64,000 nucleotides of DNA from a virus (Duplodnaviria; Caudoviricetes). The notes below the pieces were generated by a model. That model made no database searches and had not been told where the DNA came from. It saw only the letters and a list, made by a program, of their open reading frames with translations. Of the stretch, positions 56,831-64,000 are shown in pieces; position 1 is the stretch's first letter; every line of letters begins with the position of its first letter. Position numbers and translations under genes: made by a program. The stretch lies in the IMG/VR virus record IMGVR_UViG_3300025809_001850, one strand, 5' to 3'.

Positions 56831-57706
56831 ATGATAGATTTCAAAAATGTAACTAAAATTGTGACTCATCCAGGTCATGCACATAGAGACGACTTTCTGT
56901 CGGTCTGTTTTGTTCTTGCAATGTGTTCACAACATCAAAATATGCCATCAGTTTACAGACGTGATCCAACAGAGCATGAACTGAAAGACCCCAACATTGT
57001 AGTGATTGATATCGGAGAACGACACGAACCTGAGTTGAGTAACTTTGATCATCATCAATTTCCACGTGATCACAAACCATGTTGTGCATTATCTTTAATT
57101 TTACAGAATATGACCATCTACGAAGAAGCAAATCGTGGATTTCGTTGGTTAACTGTAACTGAAAAGTTTGATAGCAAGGGACCATACGAGGTGGCAAAAG
57201 ATATCGGAGTAGATTGGAATACCATTTCAGATGCTACATTTTCTCCTGTAGAGGAGGCTGTGTTACATCTATTTGCAAAAACATTTGATGGTGGTCAAAG
57301 TGGAATATATCTGGGTTTAATGACTACCATCGGAACTGAGTTACTAAACACCCTTGAGATGTTCACAGGTCGTTGGCAACAATTATCAGATTCAATTACG
57401 ACATCGTTGGTATACGGAAACGAAGTAGTATTTTCACTTGGTATTTTGGGTGACAATGATCCTTCATTTGCATTGAGTGCATATGTTGAAGAAAATCATC
57501 CGAATGCAGTTGCCACAATCACCCACGATGATCGAGGAGATGGTTATTGTCTGTTTAGACTCAATGATAGTTCAAAGATTGACTTTTCTAAAATTGAGAA
57601 TGACGAACACATATTATTTGCTCACAAAAATGGATTCGTGGCAAAGACTCATACTACAATTTCAAATGAAAAACTTATTGAACTTCTTGAAAAATCTTCA
57701 AAATAA
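56831..57706 (+). CDS. MYG1-family (DHH-related) exonuclease
   Basis: THPGHAHRDDF, VIDIG, FDHHQ, FAHKNGFVA. Confidence 0.75.
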   Translation: MIDFKNVTKIVTHPGHAHRDDFLSVCFVLAMCSQHQNMPSVYRRDPTEHELKDPNIVVIDIGERHEPELSNFDHHQFPRDHKPCCALSLILQNMTIYEEANRGFRWLTVTEKFDSKGPYEVAKDIGVDWNTISDATFSPVEEAVLHLFAKTFDGGQSGIYLGLMTTIGTELLNTLEMFTGRWQQLSDSITTSLVYGNEVVFSLGILGDNDPSFALSAYVEENHPNAVATITHDDRGDGYCLFRLNDSSKIDFSKIENDEHILFAHKNGFVAKTHTTISNEKLIELLEKSSK

Positions 57707-57729
57707 ATCGACTTTTTATAACTTTGGTG

Positions 57730-57758
57730 TTGACTTTTTACAGTAAGTTTGGTACTAT
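57730..57758 (+). promoter_or_regulatory. sigma70-type early promoter
   Basis: TTGACT-N17-TACTAT. Confidence 0.75.
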
Positions 57759-57794
57759 ATATACATAATCAAGATTAAACCAATTAAGACAAAT

Positions 57795-58397
57795 ATGAAA
57801 AATAAAATACTACTAATCGCAATCGCAACTTCGTTTTTCGCAAGCAGTTTATCTGCCAATAATGGGTGGGGTTCAAAGCAAACTTCACGCACCGTTGGTG
57901 GTGCTTTAGGTGGAGCAACTATCGGTGGAATCATTGGACATCAACACGGCAAGCAAAAAGAAGGAATCATCATTGGTTCTGTACTTGGTATGCTCATCGG
58001 AAACAAAAGTGGCAAGGGTCACGATTCACGAATGGAGCAACAGAGGTGGGAACAACAACAACGAGAAATGGCACAACGTGAAGAGTTGCGTAGACATGAA
58101 CAAGAACGTCAACGTCAATATCGTGTACAACAAATGCGTACCAACACAAGTTCCAATTCGGTTAGATCTTCTTCAGATGAACTAACCCAAGCACGTCATC
58201 GTGCAGAACAACGTGAAGCAGAACTTCAACGTGAAATGGAAATTATACGAATTCAACAAGAACGTCGCAGAGCATTAGAAGAATATCGTCAACGTGAAAT
58301 TCAAGCACAACAACAACTTGAAAGAGTTCGCAACGGAGAATCAGTTCAAACTCAGTCTTCAAGCAGTTCTAGGTATTCTCACAATCTTAGTTATTAA
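57795..58397 (+). CDS. glycine-zipper (2TM) exported protein with coiled-coil tail
   Basis: Signal-peptide-like N-terminus; GGALGGATIGGIIG..GSVLGMLIG; Q/R/E-rich helix. Confidence 0.75.
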   Translation: MKNKILLIAIATSFFASSLSANNGWGSKQTSRTVGGALGGATIGGIIGHQHGKQKEGIIIGSVLGMLIGNKSGKGHDSRMEQQRWEQQQREMAQREELRRHEQERQRQYRVQQMRTNTSSNSVRSSSDELTQARHRAEQREAELQREMEIIRIQQERRRALEEYRQREIQAQQQLERVRNGESVQTQSSSSSRYSHNLSY

Positions 58398-58418
58398 TAA
58401 AAAATTTATTTAAAACAA

Positions 58419-58709
58419 ATGCAAAAACAAATCAAAGATCTACCGATTGCTTTTCAATCATTATTTGCGGAATTGAAGGCAGAAAAAGATGCAGAAGAAG
58501 GATCGTCAACTGACTATGTAATTCAACCAACCAAGAAGGATGTTCAAGAAGAATACGAACAACTTGACACCGTTCTTGAAGAAGAAAACGAAGCAGATTA
58601 TGATGAGTATGATGAAAACACATATGATATGAATGCAGTATCCCCTTATATGCGAGATGCGTTTGGAGAACTTGATGAAGACGAAGACGAAGAATACGAC
58701 TACGAATAA
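58419..58709 (+). CDS. highly acidic hypothetical protein
   Basis: D/E-rich 96-aa ORF. Confidence 0.6.
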   Translation: MQKQIKDLPIAFQSLFAELKAEKDAEEGSSTDYVIQPTKKDVQEEYEQLDTVLEEENEADYDEYDENTYDMNAVSPYMRDAFGELDEDEDEEYDYE

Positions 58710-58737
58710 GTAAACTCAAATCAATTTAAACTAAATA

Positions 58738-59106
58738 ATGCAGAAAATACCATTAGCTTTGTTGATCAGTTTCGTTGCATTTGTTGGATATCTCGTAATA
58801 TCTAAAGTATCAGGTGGTGACTTTACCAATCAACTTGAAGTTTATGTTGGTGGTGACAAAATATTACATCTGGTGCTTGCATTCGTATTGTCGTTACTTT
58901 CAATGATGTCATTTTCACACAAATTTTCCAGCTGGAACATCTTGACAGTATTAATGATTATACTGACAATTGAAGAAACTGCTCAATATTTTTTACCAAA
59001 TCGTCATTTTGGATTTGATGATTTAATTGCAGGGTGGAGTGGATTGATATGTGGAGGACTTTTATACAACTTAATAAAAACACTAACAAAAATAAGATAT
59101 GAATGA
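58738..59106 (+). CDS. VanZ-like membrane protein
   Basis: DKILHLVLAFVL, EETAQYFLPNR.FGFDDLIAG. Confidence 0.75.
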   Translation: MQKIPLALLISFVAFVGYLVISKVSGGDFTNQLEVYVGGDKILHLVLAFVLSLLSMMSFSHKFSSWNILTVLMIILTIEETAQYFLPNRHFGFDDLIAGWSGLICGGLLYNLIKTLTKIRYE

Positions 59107-59176
59107 GAACAGCGCACCTTGGGGAACAATATTATTAATTTTAATCGCAATGATGCTTATTATGTGGAAATGTTGA
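59099..59176 (+). CDS. possible 25-aa single-TM peptide
   Basis: MNENSAPWGTILLILIAMMLIMWKC, overlapping the VanZ stop. Confidence 0.3.
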   Translation: MNENSAPWGTILLILIAMMLIMWKC

Positions 59177-59379
59177 TTATGGACGATTATATCAATTTTG
59201 CAAACCTACCACATATTCTTACGATAACACATCGTCAAACTAATCAATTGATTTTAAAAAAGAAATTCAGCAACGAAGGTGATGCATTGCAGTATATGAA
59301 CGAAGCCAGAGAATTTCAAAATAACAAACAAAACTTTAGTTTCGTGATCTCTGGTCCTAATATGTATTATAGCACCTGA
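59170..59379 (+). CDS. hypothetical protein
   Basis: ATG at 59170 or 59179 preferred over the TTG at 59119. Confidence 0.45.
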   Translation: MLIMDDYINFANLPHILTITHRQTNQLILKKKFSNEGDALQYMNEAREFQNNKQNFSFVISGPNMYYST

Positions 59380-60065
59380 TGTACACATCTGGAGTCAGAA
59401 TCATCATTTGGATATGTGCAATATTTTATTTATTGCAACATTTATATTATCCTTTGGTAAGTGAAATGTTCGGACTTGCTTATATTGGTCATCCCAATTT
59501 CAATTCATTGCAACTTTTAACTTACACATTCTTACACGGAGATGCGTTCCACATTTTTATTAATATGTTTATGTTGGCAATTTTCGGACCACGCATAGAA
59601 CAATCAGTTGGAATCCAAAATCTGTTTGTATTGTTTGTATTATCTTCAATTGGTGGTGCGGTTGCTCAAACAATGTTTACTATGTTTTCTGTGTACACTG
59701 CGTTCGGAACTTTGTTTCCGATTGCTCCACTTGATTTTTATGAACAAGTTCAATTTTCACTGATACACGGTCATGAAGCATCAGCAACATTCAACAGAAT
59801 AACCATAGGAGCATCTGCAGGGGTATTCGGGGTGATGCTTGCATTTACGTGTATGTTTCCAACACAGCGACTTGGATTACCTTTATTAAACATCACATTG
59901 TCTGCACGATTAATTATGATTATTTACGTCGTGGGAGAAATTTACATGGCAATATACGATCCCACTCCAAATATTGCTCATTACGCACACATTGGAGGAG
60001 CAATCGTTGGATTACTATTGGCATTATATTGGAGAAACTCACTCAAATCAAAAAATAATGCTTGA
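59379..60065 (+). CDS. rhomboid intramembrane serine protease
   Basis: TYTFLHGDAFHIFINM, IGASAGVFG (Ser), AHIGG (His); multiple TM helices. Confidence 0.9.
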   Translation: MYTSGVRIIIWICAIFYLLQHLYYPLVSEMFGLAYIGHPNFNSLQLLTYTFLHGDAFHIFINMFMLAIFGPRIEQSVGIQNLFVLFVLSSIGGAVAQTMFTMFSVYTAFGTLFPIAPLDFYEQVQFSLIHGHEASATFNRITIGASAGVFGVMLAFTCMFPTQRLGLPLLNITLSARLIMIIYVVGEIYMAIYDPTPNIAHYAHIGGAIVGLLLALYWRNSLKSKNNA

Positions 60066-60119
60066 CTTTTTATAATAAATTTGGTAGTATACTTGTATTG
60101 AGAGTGACTAAGAACCAAA
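60051..60119 (+). promoter_or_regulatory. sigma70-type early promoter cassette (TTGACT 60062, TAGTAT 60085), repeat copy 1
   Basis: 65/69 nt identical to 63753-63821. Confidence 0.85.
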
Positions 60120-60145
60120 TTAAAAATTCAAACAAAAGAGAGAAA

Positions 60146-60589
60146 ATGAATATTGAACTAAGCAATCCTGTGATTTCCAAGTTGGCAAACGATTATGTTA
60201 TGTCGTTTCTTCATCATACTGGTGAAAATACCAAGCATATCAACAATCAACAAAGTGGGGACGTTAAATTTTATCACGCAGATGGTTTCGGAAATTTGTC
60301 GGAAAAATCAAATAATATGTATTCCGAATCAATGAAGGATATGTTGTTTGATTGGAGTCACGTTCGTGATTCATCTGATGAAGCATTTCTTGCAATGGCA
60401 CACGCAATAAGTGCTTGTGTTCCATGTGAAGCAAAATTTGCTGATTCGTTGCTTGATTTTAAGACATACGTTGCAAATCATTTTCAAGACCTTCGCAGAG
60501 AATTGGATTATTATACATTGCACGAACCTGATGCAACTTCAGAGATTGACAGAATTGATCAAGAACTATATCACGAAGCACAAGTTTAA
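60146..60589 (+). CDS. hypothetical protein
   Basis: ATG at 60146 downstream of promoter and GAGAG. Confidence 0.65.
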   Translation: MNIELSNPVISKLANDYVMSFLHHTGENTKHINNQQSGDVKFYHADGFGNLSEKSNNMYSESMKDMLFDWSHVRDSSDEAFLAMAHAISACVPCEAKFADSLLDFKTYVANHFQDLRRELDYYTLHEPDATSEIDRIDQELYHEAQV

Positions 60590-60590
60590 G

Positions 60591-60782
60591 ATGACAGAAA
60601 TAGCAAAACAAACAATTTTAATTCTAAGCAACGCAATGCTTGAAAACGACATTGGTCCCGTTTGGGATGTTCGTAATAACATTGATACTTTAAAAGTAAC
60701 CGATGAAGAACGGGAAGTTATTCGTCAGTTGATGGTAACTGCCGATGCAATGGTTGAATTTCAGCACAATGTGCTATATTAA
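60591..60782 (+). CDS. hypothetical protein
   Basis: ATG 1 nt after the previous stop. Confidence 0.55.
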   Translation: MTEIAKQTILILSNAMLENDIGPVWDVRNNIDTLKVTDEEREVIRQLMVTADAMVEFQHNVLY

Positions 60783-60809
60783 TAATAAGTAAAAGGAGAG
60801 AATAATAAA

Positions 60810-61184
60810 ATGGGATTTTTTAGTTGGAATTGTAAGTGTTGTGGAAAGAGTATTGTGTCACCGTATTCACCCAAGCAAATTGATTGGATGAACAAAATTA
60901 CGATGGTTCTTGAAACAGGAGAAGTAGTTCAAGGTGAGTATGATGGATACGGAAACATTGGTAATCGTACTGATGAACACGCATTTGGGGATAATTGGGA
61001 CATAGATGAAAATGCTGAAAGTATTTGCTTAGACAATGAACATCAAGCAACTTTTTATCATACTGCTTGTTACGAAGAAAATAATCAACCAGGATTTCAA
61101 GGTCAAAATGATTCTGCAAGTGATCAAGGATTTTTCTTGGAAGAATCAAATTATGCTGATTGCGTACCCACCAATGCGTCATGA
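60810..61184 (+). CDS. phage hypothetical protein, possible metal binding
   Basis: MGFFSWNCKCCG, GEYDGYG, HxxC; AAGGAG SD. Confidence 0.7.
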   Translation: MGFFSWNCKCCGKSIVSPYSPKQIDWMNKITMVLETGEVVQGEYDGYGNIGNRTDEHAFGDNWDIDENAESICLDNEHQATFYHTACYEENNQPGFQGQNDSASDQGFFLEESNYADCVPTNAS

Positions 61185-61492
61185 CACGACAAGTCAAAGC
61201 AACATTGCAAGCATTTTCAGAGTACTTTAACGAATTTGAAGATGCCGAAGATTTTAATTATGGTTCAATTCAAATGTGCTACGAAATAGATGAAGAACGA
61301 GATGATGGAAGTGTAATTGGAAGAACGATGGTTTATTCAGGTCAGAATAAAGATGGTCATTCAATGGTTCGTGATGAAGGTATATTTGAAGTAAATGCCA
61401 ACGGAGAAATTATGAAATGCGATGGATTACTAAGTTCCACTTGCGATTATATTTCAGATAAAGGATTAAAACTTTACGAAGAAGAACATTGA
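61181..61492 (+). CDS. acidic hypothetical protein
   Basis: Start overlapping the previous stop at 61181. Confidence 0.6.
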   Translation: MTRQVKATLQAFSEYFNEFEDAEDFNYGSIQMCYEIDEERDDGSVIGRTMVYSGQNKDGHSMVRDEGIFEVNANGEIMKCDGLLSSTCDYISDKGLKLYEEEH

Positions 61493-61527
61493 CAAACATT
61501 TTGTTATAGTTTAATTTAGTATCTGTT

Positions 61528-61872
61528 ATGACAAAAAAATGTAAATTTGAAGTAGAAGTTACGTACAATTCTGATTATTTTGCAGAAGGAGAAATAAAAG
61601 ATACAATTAAAAAAGCAATTAAAGATTTAAACGATGCCAAAGAACAAAAATTTGGCAAACGAACTATGTGTGATCCAGGTAAAACAAACAAAGGAATCAC
61701 CAGCAATGTAACTCAAACTGTATACACCGATAATAACGAATCAACTGATATAGTAGAAACATTAGTTAGTTTAAGTGCGTGTATGGACGAGACTGAATCT
61801 CCAAACATTGTTTTACCTGAACCTAAAATCGAAGAATTAATGTCCCAAGTACGAAAAACATTCAATCAATAA
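61528..61872 (+). CDS. hypothetical protein
   Basis: 114-aa ORF. Confidence 0.6.
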   Translation: MTKKCKFEVEVTYNSDYFAEGEIKDTIKKAIKDLNDAKEQKFGKRTMCDPGKTNKGITSNVTQTVYTDNNESTDIVETLVSLSACMDETESPNIVLPEPKIEELMSQVRKTFNQ

Positions 61873-61873
61873 A

Positions 61874-62026
61874 ATGGCAAAACGAAAACAAAAACCTTCT
61901 CAAAAACAACTTCAACAAATACAAGATGAATACATTGACTTTTGGAGTCGTTGCGTAACCGAGTCAATCTTTTGGTTGACTCCTTATATAATAATTTTTA
62001 TAGTTCTCGGATTTATATTTAATTGA
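61874..62026 (+). CDS. small membrane protein (50 aa), not in ORF track
   Basis: MAKRKQKPSQKQLQQIQDEYIDFWSRCVTESIFWLTPYIIIFIVLGFIFN; fills the gap exactly. Confidence 0.55.
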   Translation: MAKRKQKPSQKQLQQIQDEYIDFWSRCVTESIFWLTPYIIIFIVLGFIFN

Positions 62027-62027
62027 C

Positions 62028-62393
62028 ATGAATGAAGTAGCAATATTACTACAGGTGTTTGTAGCACTTGTTATTTTTAACGTATGGACTTTCCGTTCAG
62101 ATAAACCAACAAAATATCGTGGTGGATCAGCAAGAACATTGAAAGAAGAATTCGTTGAGTTTGGTCTTAGTGAAAAAATTTATTTGTATACAAGTTTGGC
62201 GAAACCAATGCTCGCAGTTGCTTTGATAGTAGCAATATTTTTTCCATTTATGACTATACCCGTTGCATTGGCAATGGCATTTTTTATGGCAGCTGCATTG
62301 TTAATGCATTATCGCGTAAAAGATAAATTCATAAAGTTTATTCCTGCGGGTATTACTTTTGCTTGTTGCATTGCCATTGTCATTGTTTCTTGA
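62028..62393 (+). CDS. DoxX-like membrane protein
   Basis: IFNVWTFR..YRGG..LKEEF..GL, LMHYRVKD..KFIPA; several TM helices. Confidence 0.7.
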   Translation: MNEVAILLQVFVALVIFNVWTFRSDKPTKYRGGSARTLKEEFVEFGLSEKIYLYTSLAKPMLAVALIVAIFFPFMTIPVALAMAFFMAAALLMHYRVKDKFIKFIPAGITFACCIAIVIVS

Positions 62394-62608
62394 TGTCTAA
62401 AGCAATTGCTCTACTAGAAGAATTCGCCGAGACCAACGATGATGTCATTTCTATTGATGGTGACATTTTGTATCGTTGTTTAAAAAAATATATGCCAATT
62501 GTATATCCACGATTAGCAAGCATGGGGTACGCTGTATCTGAAATAGAAATACTTGATTCTACAGATGAATATATGAGTGTAAGATTTTATTCCGTGTTCA
62601 AAAAATGA
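62393..62608 (+). CDS. hypothetical protein
   Basis: TGATG-coupled start at 62393. Confidence 0.55.
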   Translation: MSKAIALLEEFAETNDDVISIDGDILYRCLKKYMPIVYPRLASMGYAVSEIEILDSTDEYMSVRFYSVFKK

Positions 62609-62610
62609 AC

Positions 62611-62639
62611 TCGACTTTTTATAATAACTAAAGTATATT
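62611..62639 (+). promoter_or_regulatory. variant early promoter upstream of uvsE
   Basis: TCGACT-N17-TATATT with the same TTTTATAATAA spacer. Confidence 0.55.
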
Positions 62640-62645
62640 AAAACA

Positions 62646-63635
62646 ATGAAACTAGGACTTGTCTGTATCTCTGAACAACTAAAAAGCATCAATAAAGAAA
62701 TTGCGTTTCGCACAATGACACGCAAACGATTTAATGATTTAACTGCATTATATGATCGTGATTATGCTATCAAAGAATTGTCGGAAAGAATTCTGATTAA
62801 CATAGAAGTTACAGGTTTAGTTATTGATCATTGCGAAAAACAAAACTTTGCTCATTATCGTCTTACTTGTGCAGGATTTCCACTTATCACAGATCCCACA
62901 CTTGATTTGTCGTTTACAAAACTGCACAATCACCAAGAAATCAAAAAGCAACTAAATTTACTTGGAAAACAAATCAATGAATCATCAGTAAGCATCGGAA
63001 GTCATCCTGATCAATTCAATGTTCTTGCTTCTCTTAATCAAGACTCGGTAAATAAAACTATCAAGGAACTTAACTTTCAAACGAGTATCATTGATATGAT
63101 GCTTCAACCAAGAAATCACAAATGTCCTGTGAACATTCACATCAACGCAAGTCCTGCAAACAAATCTGTCGATGTATCAGATCAAATAGAAGAAATGGTG
63201 AATCGTTTTTATGCAGGTTTCTCGCAATGCAATGAATCAGTTAAAACTCGTCTGACTTTAGAAAACGAAGACAAAGGATTTTTCAGTACAGAGCATATTC
63301 TTATGTTTCATGCTAGATTAAAGGAAAAGTATGATGTTGATGTTCCTATATGCTACGACAACCTCCATGATGTCTGCAACAACACTTGTGGTAACGATGT
63401 AGAAACTAATATGAACCTATGCATGGAAACATGGCCAAACGATGTAGAACCCGTGTTTCATTGGTCAGAAGGCAAAGAAGATAAAATGCGTAGTCATCGT
63501 GATTATTATACCGACAACTTCTTTCCACCAACTGCAACTCGTAGCATAAAGTGGGAGTGTGAAGTAAAAGCAAAAGATAATGCAATTTGCCAGTTGCTTG
63601 AACAACACGAAGCACACAATCTACTTGTTGCGTGA
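62646..63635 (+). CDS. uvsE: UV-damage endonuclease
   Basis: LGLVCIS, FRTMT, HYRL, SHPDQF, NIH, RLTLENED, YDNLH, FHWSE, ECEVKAKD. Confidence 0.88.
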   Translation: MKLGLVCISEQLKSINKEIAFRTMTRKRFNDLTALYDRDYAIKELSERILINIEVTGLVIDHCEKQNFAHYRLTCAGFPLITDPTLDLSFTKLHNHQEIKKQLNLLGKQINESSVSIGSHPDQFNVLASLNQDSVNKTIKELNFQTSIIDMMLQPRNHKCPVNIHINASPANKSVDVSDQIEEMVNRFYAGFSQCNESVKTRLTLENEDKGFFSTEHILMFHARLKEKYDVDVPICYDNLHDVCNNTCGNDVETNMNLCMETWPNDVEPVFHWSEGKEDKMRSHRDYYTDNFFPPTATRSIKWECEVKAKDNAICQLLEQHEAHNLLVA

Positions 63636-63639
63636 TTAT

Positions 63640-63726
63640 GCTTGATATATCATGCACATTGGTAGATTTAAGGTGGAAATCCAGAAGTTAGGTGCTTAAT
63701 TCTGTATATTGCATGATATATCATGC
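63640..63726. repeat. two copies of a 16-bp palindrome (GCTTGATATATCATGC 63640-63655; GCATGATATATCATGC 63711-63726)
   Basis: Read directly; second copy is a perfect palindrome. Confidence 0.85.
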
Positions 63727-63752
63727 CTAGCAAGCAATTTGGTGATTATTAT

Positions 63753-63821
63753 AAAAATAATGCTTGACTTTTTATAATAAATTTGGTAAGATACTTGTAT
63801 TGAGAGTGAGAAAGAACCAAA
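63753..63821 (+). promoter_or_regulatory. sigma70-type early promoter cassette (TTGACT 63764, TAAGAT 63787), repeat copy 2
   Basis: 65/69 nt identical to 60051-60119. Confidence 0.85.
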
Positions 63822-63838
63822 ACAAAAATATTAAAAAT

Positions 63839-64000
63839 ATGAATAACGATCAAAATATAAACGAGAGAATAGAAAACTTTATGCAGTTGGTAAACCAAAA
63901 TATGCATAATCATTACAGAAACAACTTTCCTTCCACTTATGCGGAAACTGCCGAAGATCATCAGTATGTGATTGCTGATACCGGCCGTAAGTTTCTTAGA
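63839..64000 (+). CDS. hypothetical protein, truncated by the window end
   Basis: MNNDQNINERIENFMQLVNQ...DTGRKFLR, open to the end. Confidence 0.6.
   Translation, partial: MNNDQNINERIENFMQLVNQNMHNHYRNNFPSTYAETAEDHQYVIADTGRKFLR

Noticed and set aside
58738-59106. Glycopeptide resistance via VanZ
   Set aside because: VanZ-like is a broad membrane family; no van operon genes are present
294-63961. Minus-strand and nested ORFs of the six-frame track
   Set aside because: All overlap well-supported + strand genes or promoter regions and lack motifs; treated as shadow ORFs
1-64000. Bacterial O-antigen/capsule locus on a chromosome
   Set aside because: No exporter, flippase or polymerase; phage dNMP kinase, resolvase, S74 fibre and repeated early promoters present; no housekeeping context
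1-64000. Eukaryotic giant virus (NCLDV) origin, suggested by collagen, PLOD-GT, NRS/ER and UvsE
   Set aside because: Sigma70 -35/-10 promoters, GGAG SD sites, ATGA coupling, intrinsic terminators and a CCA-encoded Ile2-type tRNA point to a bacterial host; not formally excluded without core genes
1-64000. Alternative genetic code (stop reassignment)
   Set aside because: Known enzymes are full length under code 11, and TAA, TGA and TAG all end genes next to the following start

Overview
AT-rich 64-kb fragment of what is most likely a large tailed (jumbo) bacteriophage genome. About 75-80 tightly packed, often ATGA/TAATG-coupled genes lie on the + strand; no convincing gene was found on the - strand. 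The viral call rests on a phage-type dNMP kinase, a phage Holliday-junction resolvase, a 1934-aa collagen/LamG tail fibre with a peptidase-S74 chaperone, a CCA-encoded bacterial tRNA(CAU) and sigma70 promoters driving small hypothetical genes. Three blocks are visible. (1) 1-40.9 kb: a glycan-synthesis island with about 29 glycosyltransferase-like genes, five sulfotransferase-like genes, rmlA/rmlB plus a plant/giant-virus-type epimerase-reductase, tailoring enzymes, a GHKL ATPase and an embedded dNMP kinase-LOG-metK-QueF-like sub-cluster. No flippase, polymerase, exporter or GT4 enzyme was recognised. (2) 40.9-56.3 kb: resolvase, fibre/structural genes, a membrane-anchored subtilisin, a PAPS-supply module (cysC-cysD-cysN, no reductase) and galE. 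(3) 56.4-64 kb: an early-type region with a family of near-identical sigma70 promoters, tRNA-Ile2, MYG1 nuclease, rhomboid, VanZ, DoxX and UvsE. The main candidate novel system is a phage-encoded, apparently cytoplasmic and late-expressed pathway making sulfated/fucosylated glycans, plausibly decorating the virion. All family calls are from motif recognition by eye; no database searches were run.
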